This document shows, piece by piece, positions 1-10,076 of a DNA stretch of 64,000 bases. Both the position numbers and the translations under genes were made by a program. This DNA is from an uncultured cyanobacterium (GTDB lineage: Bacteria; Cyanobacteriota; Cyanobacteriia; PCC-9006; JAAUQQ01): the NCBI GenBank assembly GCA_963718615.1, contig OY970368.1, positions 1,216,001-1,280,000 on the forward strand, written 5' to 3'. The notes beneath the pieces were generated by a model, which was given only the letters and a program-made list of their open reading frames with translations, ran no database searches and was not told where the DNA came from. Position 1 is the first letter of the stretch; every line of letters starts with the position of its first letter.

Positions 1-2014
1 GGAATGTCCCGGTTCAATTCACGAAGGCGGTGAGTTGGGCTATTCCCTCAGCCATTCGTTCGGCGCGGTGTTTGATAATCCTGATCTGGTCGTGGCCTGC
101 GTGATTGGCGATGGCGAGGCGGAAACCGGACCGCTGGCAACGGCGTGGCAATCCAACAAGTTTCTCAATCCCGTCACCGATGGTGCAGTGCTGCCCATCC
201 TGCATCTCAATGGCTACAAGATCGCCAATCCCACCATCCTCGCGCGGCTCGAACCGGAAGAGTTAGACCAGTTGCTGCGCGGAAACGGCTGGACACCCCA
301 CTACGTTGAGGGAGATGACCCAGCGTTGATGCACGAGGCTATGGCCGCGACGCTCGATCTAGCAATTGAGGAGATCCAACGCATCCAGCACGAAGCCCGT
401 GTCAACAGCAACACCAAGCGTCTGCGCTGGCCCATGATTGTGCTGCGATCGCCAAAGGGCTGGACCGGACCAAAGTGGGTGGACGGACAACAAATCGAGG
501 GAACCTTCCGGGCGCATCAAGTGCCGCTTTCCGATCCACGAACGCATCCCGAACATCTGAAACAGCTTGAAGCATGGCTGCGTAGCTACCGACCGGAGGA
601 ACTTTTCGACGAGCAAGGGCGGTTGCAGCCGGAACTGGCGGAATTGGCACCAGTGGGCGATCGCCGCATGGGAGCCAACCCCCACGCCAACGGCGGTCTG
701 CTGCTGCGCGATTTGGTCATGCCCGACTTTCGCCAATACGCGGTGAATGTCCCTGCCCCCGGAGCGGTGCAGGCTGCTGACGCCCACCAGCTCGGTGTGT
801 TCCTGCGGGACGTAGTTCAGCTCAACCAGGACCAGCGTAATTTCAGAATTTTTGGCCCCGATGAAACCCTCTCTAACCGGTTGGGCTCAGTGTTTGAGGT
901 GACGAACCGCCAGTGGGATGCCCAAACCCAGGATAACGATGAGTTTCTGGCCACCGATGGTCGCGTCATGGAGATGTTGAGTGAGCATCAGTGTGAGGGT
1001 TGGCTGGAGGGCTACCTGCTCACGGGGCGACATGGCTTTTTCAACTGCTACGAGGCGTTCATCCACATCATTGATTCGATGTTTAACCAGCACGCCAAGT
1101 GGCTGAAGGTGACGGCAGGGCTACCGTGGCGGCGACCGATCGCATCCTTAAACTACCTGTTGGCCTCCCACGTCTGGCAGCAAATGCACAACGGTTTTAC
1201 CCATCAAGACCCTGGGTTTATCGATCACGTGGTGAATAAAAAAGCCGCCGTTGTGCGCGTTTACCTGCCGCCCGATGCCAACTGCCTGCTGTCGGTTTGG
1301 GACCATTGTTTGCGCAGTCGCCATTATGTCAACGTGGTCATCGCGGGCAAGTATCAAGCCCCGCAGTGGCTGACGATGGCAGAGGCTATTCAGCATTGCG
1401 CCGCAGGCATTGGGATTTGGGCTTGGGCCAGCAGCGATGGCGGCAGAGAACCCGATGTGGTCATGGCCTGCTGCGGCGATGTACCCACTCTAGAGACCCT
1501 AGCCGCCGTTTCGATTCTACGAGAGCATTTGCCCGACTTGAAAATCCGCGTGGTCAATGTCGTTGACCTGATGCGACTGCAGCCGGAAAGCGAGCATCCC
1601 CACGGACTCAGCGATCGCGATTTCGACCAGCTTTTTACCCAGGATAAACCCATCATCTTCGCCTTCCACGCCTACCCTTGGCTCATCCATCGGCTGACCT
1701 ATCGCCGTACCAACCACGAGAACATCCACGTACGGGGCTACAAGGAAGAAGGCACCATTACGACGCCCTTTGACATGACGGTGCTGAACGACCTCGACCG
1801 CTTTCATTTGGTGATGGATGTGGTCGATCGCTTACCACAGTTGGGCAGTGAGGGTGCTGATCTCAAACAGAGAATGCAAGACAAGCTGATCGAGCACAAA
1901 CTTTACATTGACCAACATGGACAAGACTTACCAGAAATCCGCAACTGGAAATGGCATGCGGATGCAACACAGCCAGGGGACGTGCGGGTGGAAACAACGC
2001 CTGTACCAGCCTGA
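1..2014 (+). CDS. xfp: Phosphoketolase (XFP family), 5' end outside the window
   Basis: Frame is open from base 2 ([18 protein letters not shown]). Contains the TPP-binding GDGEAETGP...[34 protein letters not shown] and NGFTHQDPG motifs of phosphoketolases. Confidence 0.96.
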   Translation, partial: ECPGSIHEGGELGYSLSHSFGAVFDNPDLVVACVIGDGEAETGPLATAWQSNKFLNPVTDGAVLPILHLNGYKIANPTILARLEPEELDQLLRGNGWTPHYVEGDDPALMHEAMAATLDLAIEEIQRIQHEARVNSNTKRLRWPMIVLRSPKGWTGPKWVDGQQIEGTFRAHQVPLSDPRTHPEHLKQLEAWLRSYRPEELFDEQGRLQPELAELAPVGDRRMGANPHANGGLLLRDLVMPDFRQYAVNVPAPGAVQAADAHQLGVFLRDVVQLNQDQRNFRIFGPDETLSNRLGSVFEVTNRQWDAQTQDNDEFLATDGRVMEMLSEHQCEGWLEGYLLTGRHGFFNCYEAFIHIIDSMFNQHAKWLKVTAGLPWRRPIASLNYLLASHVWQQMHNGFTHQDPGFIDHVVNKKAAVVRVYLPPDANCLLSVWDHCLRSRHYVNVVIAGKYQAPQWLTMAEAIQHCAAGIGIWAWASSDGGREPDVVMACCGDVPTLETLAAVSILREHLPDLKIRVVNVVDLMRLQPESEHPHGLSDRDFDQLFTQDKPIIFAFHAYPWLIHRLTYRRTNHENIHVRGYKEEGTITTPFDMTVLNDLDRFHLVMDVVDRLPQLGSEGADLKQRMQDKLIEHKLYIDQHGQDLPEIRNWKWHADATQPGDVRVETTPVPA

Positions 2015-2026
2015 AGCAAAGCAAAG

Positions 2027-2164
2027 ATGGTTGGGGAAAACAAGTGGGAGCACGCCATGGCAACCCTCTCCAAACCATTTACAAAAGCGGCGATTCGCTA
2101 CTTTGATCATACCAATGTCAATGCAGCACGAGAGTGGTTAGGTGAATCGCAGAACAAGGCTTGA
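2027..2164 (+). pseudogene. C-terminal remnant of a SpoIIAA-like (STAS/SEC14) protein
   Basis: Hand translation gives MVGENKWEHAMATLSKPFTKAAIRYFDHTNVNAAREWLGESQNKA*, resembling the ..VG..KW.....KPF....IRYF......AR.WL C-terminus of SpoIIAA-like proteins. The N-terminal part is missing. Confidence 0.6.
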
Positions 2165-2193
2165 GCCCATCACAATTACAAGCGGAAACTACT

Positions 2194-2550
2194 ATGCAAG
2201 TCCAAATTCGTACCGGCCATAACATCCAAGGTCACGAAGCACTCGCCACTCAGGTTAGTGGTGTCGTGGAAGAGAGCCTAAGCCAATTCAGCGATCGCAT
2301 CACCTCTGTTGATGTTCACCTGAGCGATGTGAACAGCGACAAGAAGGGTGGCAATGACAATATGCGCTGCATGCTCGAAGCTCACCTCGAAGGACTCCAA
2401 CCCCTTGCGGTTACCGATCAGGCTGCCACCCTAGACCAGGCGGTTGACGGGGCAGCGGAGAAATTGACCCACCTGATCGAGCATACCCTTGGGCGGCTAG
2501 AACATGAAGCAAGTCATCGGACTGACCCACCGCTATCGCGCTCGGTTTAG
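2194..2550 (+). CDS. HPF/RaiA-family ribosome-associated (hibernation) protein
   Basis: MQVQIRT...RITSVDVHLSD..S.K.G....RCMLEAHLEG.QPLAVT..A.TLDQAVDGAAEKL pattern. ATG at 2194 is preferred over the TTG at 2161. Confidence 0.85.
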   Translation: MQVQIRTGHNIQGHEALATQVSGVVEESLSQFSDRITSVDVHLSDVNSDKKGGNDNMRCMLEAHLEGLQPLAVTDQAATLDQAVDGAAEKLTHLIEHTLGRLEHEASHRTDPPLSRSV

Positions 2551-2582
2551 GGCTGCATTATTCACACCAGAAGGAGATTGTC

Positions 2583-2987
2583 ATGAGTACACAACTAGGA
2601 CTGTGGATTGACCACAAGAAGGCAACGATCGTAACGGTTACAGGGCAAGGGGAAGCGATCAGCGAAGTCCACTCGGATGTAGAAACACAGCTCCGACGAT
2701 CTGGCGATTCACCTCTGAAAGGCTCTTACGAAGCCCTTCAGGTACCTGCCGATGATAGCCGTCAGCGAGCGCTGACGGGAGAACTGAATACGTACTACGA
2801 CGAGGTGATTGGGCAGATTCGGGATGCGGATTCGATTCTGATTGTTGGACCAGGTGTCGCTAAGCATGAGCTGCAAAAGCGGCTAGAAGAAAATCGGCTT
2901 GGCGCGAAGATTGTCGGGGTTGAAACCGTTGATAATCTGACCGACCCTCAGCTTGCCGCCAAGGTGAGGCAACACTTTGCCAAATAG
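2583..2987 (+). CDS. Hypothetical protein with an eRF1/baeRF-like (host-attachment-type) domain
   Basis: GLWIDHKKA.IV N-terminus, YYDEVI..I..AD.ILIVGPG.AK.EL core and VETVD.LTDPQLAAKVR.HF end. AGGAG RBS upstream. Confidence 0.6.
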   Translation: MSTQLGLWIDHKKATIVTVTGQGEAISEVHSDVETQLRRSGDSPLKGSYEALQVPADDSRQRALTGELNTYYDEVIGQIRDADSILIVGPGVAKHELQKRLEENRLGAKIVGVETVDNLTDPQLAAKVRQHFAK

Positions 2988-3036
2988 CCTTTACCCAATA
3001 GCTTTTACCCAATAGCCTTTGGCAAATAGCCTTTGC
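2981..3036. repeat. 4 x 14-bp imperfect tandem repeat (CMAATAGCYTTTRS)
   Basis: caaatagcctttac / ccaatagcttttac / ccaatagcctttgg / caaatagcctttgc, overlapping the stop codon of the upstream gene. Confidence 0.85.
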
Positions 3037-3074
3037 CAAGGAAATCAAGTCGGAAGTCCAAAGATTGAGGTGAC

Positions 3075-3461
3075 GTGATGTATTACATCGTCGAGACTCA
3101 GAAATCATTCAGTCAGGCAGTAACCGACCTTAAAATAGCGGTTGCACATCATGGCTTTGGGGTACTCCATATCCACGACCTGGGAAACACCCTTCGTACT
3201 AAAGGCATTGCTTTTGGGGAAGAGTGCAAGATCTTTGAAGTCTGCAATCCAGGACAGGCAGCAAGGGTTTTGACTACTGATATGCGCCTCAATATGGCGT
3301 TACCCTGTCGGATCTCTGTATTCACGGAGAAAGGCACAACAAAAATCGGCATGATCAAGCCCGCGCAAATGCTTTCATCGTTGTCTCAGGATGTCGCGTT
3401 AGATCAAGTTGCGAATGAGGTTGAGGTCAAGACAATTCAGATGATTGACGAGGCCCAATAA
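3075..3461 (+). CDS. DUF302 domain protein
   Basis: GFGVLHIHDL..TL..KG, IFEVCNP..A..VL and MALPCRISV motifs. Confidence 0.88.
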   Translation: MMYYIVETQKSFSQAVTDLKIAVAHHGFGVLHIHDLGNTLRTKGIAFGEECKIFEVCNPGQAARVLTTDMRLNMALPCRISVFTEKGTTKIGMIKPAQMLSSLSQDVALDQVANEVEVKTIQMIDEAQ

Positions 3462-3517
3462 AGACTCGCTATCTCAATCGCTGATCAATTAACTTGTCGT
3501 TAGTGAGACTAAAATCG

Positions 3518-4390
3518 ATGAAATGGCAACAATTCGTGCTGGCTTTTATAGCCACCGTTTGCTTCTTCTTTGCAGGTAATGTCTTAGCACAAACTGATAT
3601 CAATCTTAATAATGCTAACCTTATTCGTTTTGGCGGCAGTATAACCGTATCAGAGAATCAAACTGTCGAAAATGCCATTGCCTTTGGTGGGAGCGTGACG
3701 GTCTCTCCTAATGCCAAAGTTGTGGATACTGCGATCGCCTTTGGCGGCGATGTCATCCTGCAAAAAGGAGCGCAGGTAGAAGGTGATGCTTACTCCTTTG
3801 GTGGGAAGATCCTAGAGGAACCCGGTGCGGTCGTGGGTGGTGAACGCGCCACATTCAGCGATCGCCATGGCATGATGTACGGCTCTGGTAGAGGCAGAAG
3901 TAGCTTCTTCGCTCAGTATTTTTTCAGTGCCATTTTTAGAATCAGTACCGCCATAGTAGCCACTCTTCTCGGGCTGATTATCTTGCAAACTAGCCCACAG
4001 TTTTTGCCGATTTTAGCCACGAAGTTGCGTCAACACTCTGCTCTAACCGCTCTATGGGGGATCGGAGCGCTCGTTTCCTTTGTCTTTGCCACCGTATTTT
4101 TGGCGATTACGCTCATTGGTATTCCGCTGATTCCACTCTTAAGCCTAACTACGGTGATCGTGGCTTTAGTCGGCTCATTGGGTGTAGTGCTTTTTATTGG
4201 TCAATGCCTCATTCAGGATGGCAACCGATCGTTACAGCAGCAGTTCTTGTTGGGCTTGGCGAGCGTGACTGCTCTAACACTCATTCCATTTTTCGGAGGG
4301 TTGGTCGTTTTCCTACTAAATCTGTTCGGATTGGGTGTCATCTTGCTATGGAAATTTGGCAGAGAAAAACCTCAAATAGCGATTGAATGA
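3518..4390 (+). CDS. Membrane protein with signal peptide, bactofilin-like beta-repeat N-domain and multi-TM C-domain
   Basis: Signal peptide ending VLA-Q, four (A/I)(I/Y)xFGGx(V/I) repeats, then about 5 hydrophobic helices. Confidence 0.7.
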   Translation: MKWQQFVLAFIATVCFFFAGNVLAQTDINLNNANLIRFGGSITVSENQTVENAIAFGGSVTVSPNAKVVDTAIAFGGDVILQKGAQVEGDAYSFGGKILEEPGAVVGGERATFSDRHGMMYGSGRGRSSFFAQYFFSAIFRISTAIVATLLGLIILQTSPQFLPILATKLRQHSALTALWGIGALVSFVFATVFLAITLIGIPLIPLLSLTTVIVALVGSLGVVLFIGQCLIQDGNRSLQQQFLLGLASVTALTLIPFFGGLVVFLLNLFGLGVILLWKFGREKPQIAIE

Positions 4391-4488
4391 GCAGAACCGC
4401 GTGAATGCTCAAAGGGAGATAAAACAACGATCTTCTTTTAAATCAAAGAATTTGTAGTCAAGCAATAACTACATTATCCAATTAAAGG

Positions 4489-4863
4489 ATGTCCATGATC
4501 AACAGAGAGAAATTTATTAGTCTTGCGGTTGGGACAACCCTTGCGATCGGGACAACATCTTATTTACTCAGCGATAAACGGAATCTTGTCAGAGCCGACA
4601 TCAAATCGATAGACGATAGCAGTGTAACGCTCAAGCTGGACGAAAAAGAAATTCTATTTTTTGCGTCCCTCGCACCCAGCGGTCACAATACACAACCATG
4701 GTTCGTTCAATATCTCGAACCCTATCACTGGATTATTGGCAACGATCGCCATAAGTGGCTACCTGCCGTTGACCCAATGCAGAGAGAGACGATGTTATCG
4801 ATCGGCGCGTTCATGCAAAACCTGGACTATGCCGCTGGCGCTTTTGGCTACCGCTTTACCTGA
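4489..4863 (+). pseudogene. Truncated Acg-type nitroreductase family protein
   Basis: Tat-like NREKF leader, ASLAPSGHNTQPW and DP..RE..LSIGAF.QNL.YAA motifs. Stops after 124 aa, about a third of the usual length. Confidence 0.75.
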
Positions 4864-4911
4864 TTCATTTCTCCGCATAAAGATGAACCTTCCAGAGTGG
4901 AGTAGCAGGAA

Positions 4912-5570
4912 ATGAATGCCCAAAAGCTGATAGACACTGCAAAGATGCTGGTTGCTAACAACAAGGGTCTACTGGCAATTGATGAAAGCAAGCCAACCTG
5001 CAACAAACGCTTTGCCAAGTTGGGAATTCCCCAGAATGAGGAATGTCGGCGTGCCTATCGGGAGTTGATTATCACCACAGTCGGTTTGATGGAGGGAGCG
5101 CATACCTTAGAACAGTGCCGCGAGGTGACGGAGGAGGTGTTACGCGATCGGTGTTCAGTCAGTTGGTGGTTCAACAGGTGCTGCTGGAGGGCATGATCCT
5201 GAAACCCAATATGGTGTTGTCGGGATCGAACTGTTCTCAGCAAGCAGCGGTAGATGAAGTTGCTGATGCCACAGTACAATGTCTATTGCGAACGGTTCCC
5301 GCTGCCGTGCCGGGGATTGCATTCCTGTCAGGCGGTCAATCCAGTGAACCGGCCTCGGCGCGTTTGAATGCCATGAATATTCGGTTTAAAGCGCCCTGGG
5401 CATTGACGTTTTCCTTTGGACGCGCCATTCAGCAACCCGCATTAGAACTTTGGCAAGGCAAGGAGGAGAATATATCAGCGGCACAACAGGTGCTGCTACA
5501 TCGAGCCAAGTGTAATGGAGCAGCGCGTCAGAGCAAATACAATACGGCGATGGAAGGGACGAGATCGTGA
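4912..5570 (+). pseudogene. Class I fructose-bisphosphate aldolase pseudogene (internal deletion plus frameshift)
   Basis: N-terminal KGLLAIDES..TCNKRF...RRAYRELI lies in one frame. The C-terminal LEGMILKPNMV, VPGIAFLSGGQS and WALTFSFGRAIQ motifs lie in another. The middle of the barrel is absent. Confidence 0.88.
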
Positions 5571-5591
5571 ACACCGGCCTCTCCACCCCCC

Positions 5592-5825
5592 TACCAATGC
5601 CAGGGCTTGGGCTGTGGCAAACAGTTTAACGCCCTCACAGGAAGTCTCTTCGCGGGTCGCCACCAATCCTTGCGAGTGTGGATATGCTGCTTGTACTTGA
5701 TGGGATTGAACCTCTCAAATGCTCAGATCGCGCAAGAGCTGCGGATGAACAAAGATGATGTGCATCAAATGGCAACACAACTGAGAGAGGGAATCGTAGA
5801 ACCCCCTCGTCTTCAGGCAAAGTAG
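5592..5825 (+). mobile_element. Transposase remnant (IS1595-family-like Zn-ribbon/HTH N-terminus)
   Basis: YQCQGLGCGKQFNALTGSLFAG.HQ.LRVW..CLY.MGLNLSN.QIAQEL. No DDE domain or terminal inverted repeats seen. Confidence 0.7.
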
Positions 5826-5843
5826 TAGTCAACTCAAGCCTCC

Positions 5844-6662
5844 TTAGCCAAACCGCCCGCTGATATAGTCGTGGGTTTCTTTCTGCTGGGGTGAGCTGAA
5901 AATATCCTGGGTTTTGTTGTATTCCACCAAGTAACCAAACCGACTGCCGCCCTCACCTGCTTCCGCATTGAAGAACGCGGTCATATCCGAGACCCGTGAA
6001 GCTTGCTGCATGTTGTGGGTAACGATCACAATGGTGAATTGCTCCTTCAGTTGGTGCATGAGCTCCTCAACCCGCAGCGTTGAAATAGGGTCTAGCGCTG
6101 AACAGGGCTCATCCATCAAAATGACTTCTGGCTCAATGGCGATGGTCCGAGCAATGCAGAGGCGCTGCTGCTGTCCGCCGGAGAGCGCGAGGCCACTTTG
6201 CTTGAGCTTGTCTTTGACCTCATCCCAGATGGCTGCTGCTCGGAGCGATCGCTCCACCAGTTCATCCATGTTGCCGCGAAAGCCATTGATCCTCGCCCCA
6301 AAGGCAATATTTTCGTAAATCGACTTGGGAAAAGGATTGGGTTTTTGAAACACCATGCCGATCCGGCGACGCACTTCCACCGGGTCCGTTCCCTTAGCAT
6401 AGAGATCTTGGCCATGGAAGCTAATCCGGCCATCCACCCGAGCGCTAGCGACGAGATCATTCAGACGGTTGAAGCAACGGAGCAGGGTGCTTTTGCCGCA
6501 GCCGGAAGGACCAATAAAGGCTGTCACCTGGTTTTTGGGAATATCCATAAAGACATTCCGCACCGCCTGGAAATCACCGTAGTAAACGCTGACGTTTTCG
6601 GCTTTGAGGGCGATTTGGCTGTCGGCGATCGCCGTAGAAGATTGAAGGGGAGAGCTCTGCAT
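5844..6662 (-). CDS. pstB: Phosphate ABC transporter ATP-binding protein
   Basis: [44 protein letters not shown] and terminal YISGRFG. Confidence 0.97.
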   Translation of the reverse strand: MQSSPLQSSTAIADSQIALKAENVSVYYGDFQAVRNVFMDIPKNQVTAFIGPSGCGKSTLLRCFNRLNDLVASARVDGRISFHGQDLYAKGTDPVEVRRRIGMVFQKPNPFPKSIYENIAFGARINGFRGNMDELVERSLRAAAIWDEVKDKLKQSGLALSGGQQQRLCIARTIAIEPEVILMDEPCSALDPISTLRVEELMHQLKEQFTIVIVTHNMQQASRVSDMTAFFNAEAGEGGSRFGYLVEYNKTQDIFSSPQQKETHDYISGRFG

Positions 6663-6756
6663 AAAAATCAACTCACAAATAAAACGCTAAGACTGAAAGA
6701 ACTAGGACTGAAAGGGGTAGGAACGCCAGGGGACAATGAAGGGGCCATGCGCCAGC

Positions 6757-7629
6757 CTAGAAAACCTGTCGCTTCGCAATTCGCCGCGCCACAATGCTGA
6801 TGACCAAAATGATACCGACAACAATGAGCGACGCGGCCCAAGCCAGATCCTTTTGATTCTGGAAGGGGGAGGTCGAGAAGTTATAAATCAGGACCGAAAG
6901 GGTTGCAGTGGGGTCGGAGAGGGACTTGGCGTCAAACTGGTTAAACAGCGCCGTAAACAGGAGAGGAGCCGTTTCGCCAATGGCCCGCGCCAAGGATAGC
7001 GTTACCCCTGTGGCGATAAAGGGGAGTGCCGAGGGCAGCACAATCTTGGCGATCGTCTGGAAATTGGTCGCGCCCAACCCAATCGCCCCTTGGCGAATAT
7101 CGGGGGGAATCGATTTCAAGCCTTCTTCAGCAGTTCGCTCCACAATGGGCAGCATGAGCACTGCCAAGGCAACACCACCGGCCCAAGCAGAAAAGCTACC
7201 GACGGTTAAGACGACGACGCCATAGGCAAACAGGCCCGCAATAATCGACGGTACACCACTCAAAACGTTGATGCCAAACCGCACAAACCGGGCAAACTGG
7301 GTGTCTCGCGCAAACTCAGAGACATAAACCGCCACCAAGATCCCAAAGGGAACGCTCAGCAGCGACGCAATCAACAGCACCCAAAAGGTTCCAGCCAAGG
7401 CATTGCGAAACCCACCGCCATCTACCATGGGTGGCGGCGGCAGTTCCGTAAAAACCTGGGGATTGAGATGGGTAATCCCGTTGGTAATTACCGTCCAAAG
7501 AATCGAAAACAAGGGCAACGCCGCCAACAGTGCACAGAGCACCACAAGGGTGGTCATGAAGGACCCAAAGGCTTTACGCCTGGGGGAAACCCCTTGGGCA
7601 AACTGGGAGTTTGAGGAAGACTGAGTCAT
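6757..7629 (-). CDS. pstA: Phosphate ABC transporter permease PstA
   Basis: LSGVPSIIAGLF and ARAIGETAPLLFT motifs; operon position. Confidence 0.95.
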   Translation of the reverse strand: MTQSSSNSQFAQGVSPRRKAFGSFMTTLVVLCALLAALPLFSILWTVITNGITHLNPQVFTELPPPPMVDGGGFRNALAGTFWVLLIASLLSVPFGILVAVYVSEFARDTQFARFVRFGINVLSGVPSIIAGLFAYGVVVLTVGSFSAWAGGVALAVLMLPIVERTAEEGLKSIPPDIRQGAIGLGATNFQTIAKIVLPSALPFIATGVTLSLARAIGETAPLLFTALFNQFDAKSLSDPTATLSVLIYNFSTSPFQNQKDLAWAASLIVVGIILVISIVARRIAKRQVF

Positions 7630-7671
7630 GATGCTTAAGAGCCAACGGGGTTAATCTTGATCGGAGTGGGT

Positions 7672-8634
7672 CTAGCGTTCTACTTGTTGGAAGCGGCTAA
7701 TCACCACTTCCGCCAGAATATTGACGGCTAGCGTGATCACCATTAGCACTAAACCGGCATAGAGCAGTGAAGCCCGCTGTAGACCGGAGGCTTCTCCGAA
7801 CTGGTTGGCAATCATGGAGGCGATGGTTTGCCCAGAGTCGAAAAGGGAGACACTAATTGTATTTTTGCTACCAATCAGCATCGCCGCGACCATGGTTTCT
7901 CCCAGGGCACGACCCAGGGCCAGCATGATCGCACCCACAATCCCTGAAAGTCCAGCGGGTAAAAGAATTTTCAGAATGGTTTCCCAACGGGTGGCCCCGA
8001 GGGCTAAGGCTCCTTGGCGCAGTTGAGGTGGGAGCGAAACCAAGGTATCCCGTGAAATTGAAATAATCGTGGGCGAAATCATGATGGCCAGAATCAAACT
8101 GGTGTACATGATGCCGACGTTGGTGGGGGAGGTGCTAAACAGTGGGATCCAACCGAACAGGTTGTGTATCAGTTCTAAAAAGGGCTTGATGAAGGGAATA
8201 AACACAACGATCGCCCAAAGCCCATAAACCACACTCGGCACCGCTGCCAGCAGCTCAATCACAAAAGCGATCGGTGTCCGCAGTGGGGGGGGTAAAAAAT
8301 CTTCGGTGAGAAAAACCGCAATTCCCACACCCAAAGGAACGGCAATCATCAAAGCCACCAGCGAACTCACCACCGTGCCGTAGATCAAGGGCAGGGCTCC
8401 AAAGATCTCGTCCTGGACGCTCCAGCGGTTAGAGAACAGAAAGCCTAAGCCAAATTTGGCGATTGCCGGATAAGCCGTCTGAAACAGCGTCACCAAAATC
8501 CACAGCAGAACCCCCGCAATACCAATGGCAAAGGCTGCCGTTAACCAGTAGAAGGCGCGATCGAACAAACGGGCTATCACCAAAGATTCAGCCTTGGCCA
8601 TGGAAGCAGGAGAGCGAGTCGTCGTTGGAGCCAT
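7672..8634 (-). CDS. pstC: Phosphate ABC transporter permease PstC
   Basis: IELLAAVPSVVYGLW, ALALGATRWE, LGRALGETM and IANQFGEA motifs. Confidence 0.95.
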   Translation of the reverse strand: MAPTTTRSPASMAKAESLVIARLFDRAFYWLTAAFAIGIAGVLLWILVTLFQTAYPAIAKFGLGFLFSNRWSVQDEIFGALPLIYGTVVSSLVALMIAVPLGVGIAVFLTEDFLPPPLRTPIAFVIELLAAVPSVVYGLWAIVVFIPFIKPFLELIHNLFGWIPLFSTSPTNVGIMYTSLILAIMISPTIISISRDTLVSLPPQLRQGALALGATRWETILKILLPAGLSGIVGAIMLALGRALGETMVAAMLIGSKNTISVSLFDSGQTIASMIANQFGEASGLQRASLLYAGLVLMVITLAVNILAEVVISRFQQVER

Positions 8635-8830
8635 CGATTCTAGGTGCTAAGACACAAATGAGTTCAGGGGACAAATCACTGCTTAGAAGCAGTAAAAATA
8701 GAGTAATCAACCTTGGCTATGAAGCCGTTAAGACCTTATTAACGGTAGACCAAGGAAATATAGGAAAGAAGATTTATTTGAGAAATGCTCGATGAGTTTT
8801 AATAGACCCGGATGAGCATTGATAATGTTA

Positions 8831-8854
8831 GCGGGGAGGCGATCGCCTCCCCGC
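8831..8854. terminator. Perfect 24-bp palindrome 3' of pstS (terminator or mRNA-stabilising hairpin)
   Basis: GCGGGGAGGCGATCGCCTCCCCGC, centred on a HIP1 site, 12 nt past the pstS stop. Confidence 0.65.
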
Positions 8855-8866
8855 CTTTACTCCAGT

Positions 8867-9952
8867 CTAGAGTTTGCCGAGCGCTTCTTCCACTTTCGTT
8901 TTCACTGACGGCGGAAGAGCCACATAGCCCAATTCCTCGCTGTAGGATTGGCCGTCATTGAGCGCCCAAGCAAAGACTTTCTTGAGTGCTTCTACCTTCG
9001 CCGGATCCTCATACTTCGGCTTGAACAGAACCCAGGTCAAGCTGGTGATTGGATAAGCGTCGGCATTCTCGGGATCGGCAACCGACAGCGCAAAGTCTTC
9101 AGGCAGCTCTGCCCCTTCAAAGGCTAAACCGCCCGCTTCGGGACCGGGAGCCACATAGTTGCCTGACTTGTTCTCGATCGCAGCCATCGTTAAGCCATTT
9201 TCCTTGGCATAGGCATACTCGACGTAACCCAGAGCGCCCTCGGTCTGCTGCACCTGGGCCGTAATGCCTTCATTGCCCTTGGCACCGCTTCCCACGGGCC
9301 ATTCGACAGATTTGCCGGGTTCCAGCGTCCAATCAGGGCAAGCGGCCTTGAGGTGCTCGGTGAATACTGCCGTGGTGCCGCTGCCATCGGAGCGATGAAC
9401 AAACGTGATGTTCTCATCGGGCAGCGAAGCTCCATCGTTACCCTTAGCAACCAGCGGATCGTTCCACTTAGTTACCTTACCGGTCACAATGCCGCAGTAG
9501 GCTTCGCGGGAGAGCTTTAGGTCCGTGACATTAGGCAGATTAAAGGCAAACACCACCGAACCTGCCGTCATGGGCAACTGGATGGCCGGAGCCCCATAGG
9601 CTTCTTGGGCCTTGGTTTTCTCTTCATCTTTCAGGGGCGAATCGGTCGCTCCAAAATCAACGGTTTGGGCAAGGAATTGCTCAACCCCTGCACCACTACC
9701 CACCGATTGGTAGCTCACCTGAACGGATGGATCGACCTTCTGGTATTCCGCAAACCAACGCTGATAGAGCGGAGCGGGGAAACTTGCCCCTGCACCACTG
9801 AGAGAGACCGTTGAGCCTCCACTAGAGGAGGAGCCTGCTGACCCTGCGGTTGGCCCTTCTGTGGTGCCCGATTGGCAGGCTGCAAAACCAAATGACAAGG
9901 ACGCCAAAACCGCCAGGAATGCCGATCGCCGCATATGCTTAGACACTTTCAT
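8867..9952 (-). CDS. pstS: Phosphate-binding lipoprotein PstS
   Basis: Lipobox FAAC; GAGASFPAPLY, YQSVGSGAG and HRSDGSGTT motifs. ATG at 9952 has a GGAG RBS. Confidence 0.96.
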   Translation of the reverse strand: MKVSKHMRRSAFLAVLASLSFGFAACQSGTTEGPTAGSAGSSSSGGSTVSLSGAGASFPAPLYQRWFAEYQKVDPSVQVSYQSVGSGAGVEQFLAQTVDFGATDSPLKDEEKTKAQEAYGAPAIQLPMTAGSVVFAFNLPNVTDLKLSREAYCGIVTGKVTKWNDPLVAKGNDGASLPDENITFVHRSDGSGTTAVFTEHLKAACPDWTLEPGKSVEWPVGSGAKGNEGITAQVQQTEGALGYVEYAYAKENGLTMAAIENKSGNYVAPGPEAGGLAFEGAELPEDFALSVADPENADAYPITSLTWVLFKPKYEDPAKVEALKKVFAWALNDGQSYSEELGYVALPPSVKTKVEEALGKL

Positions 9953-10046
9953 CGAACTCACTCCACACCTAAAACACATCTAGGGACCAACCCGAAGGTC
10001 AACAGGCGGTCCTTATTCAGCATCCTAGTGGGCGTAGTTCATCTTT

Positions 10047-10076
10047 TGGTTAACCCTGGGTAAAGGGAAGATTAAA
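10047..10076 (-). promoter_or_regulatory. Pho box (SphR/PhoB-type): three 8-bp repeats at 11-bp period
   Basis: Minus strand reads TTTAATCT-tcc-CTTTACCC-agg-GTTAACCA, about 95 nt upstream of pstS. Fits the cyanobacterial CTTAACCT-type tandem box. Confidence 0.75.

Noticed and set aside
6198-6800. 200-aa ORF and many similar ORFs overlapping recognised genes (e.g. 22846..23406, 61418..61966, 36500..36952)
   Set aside because: These are antisense or alternate-frame shadows of well-supported genes, with no motifs of their own.
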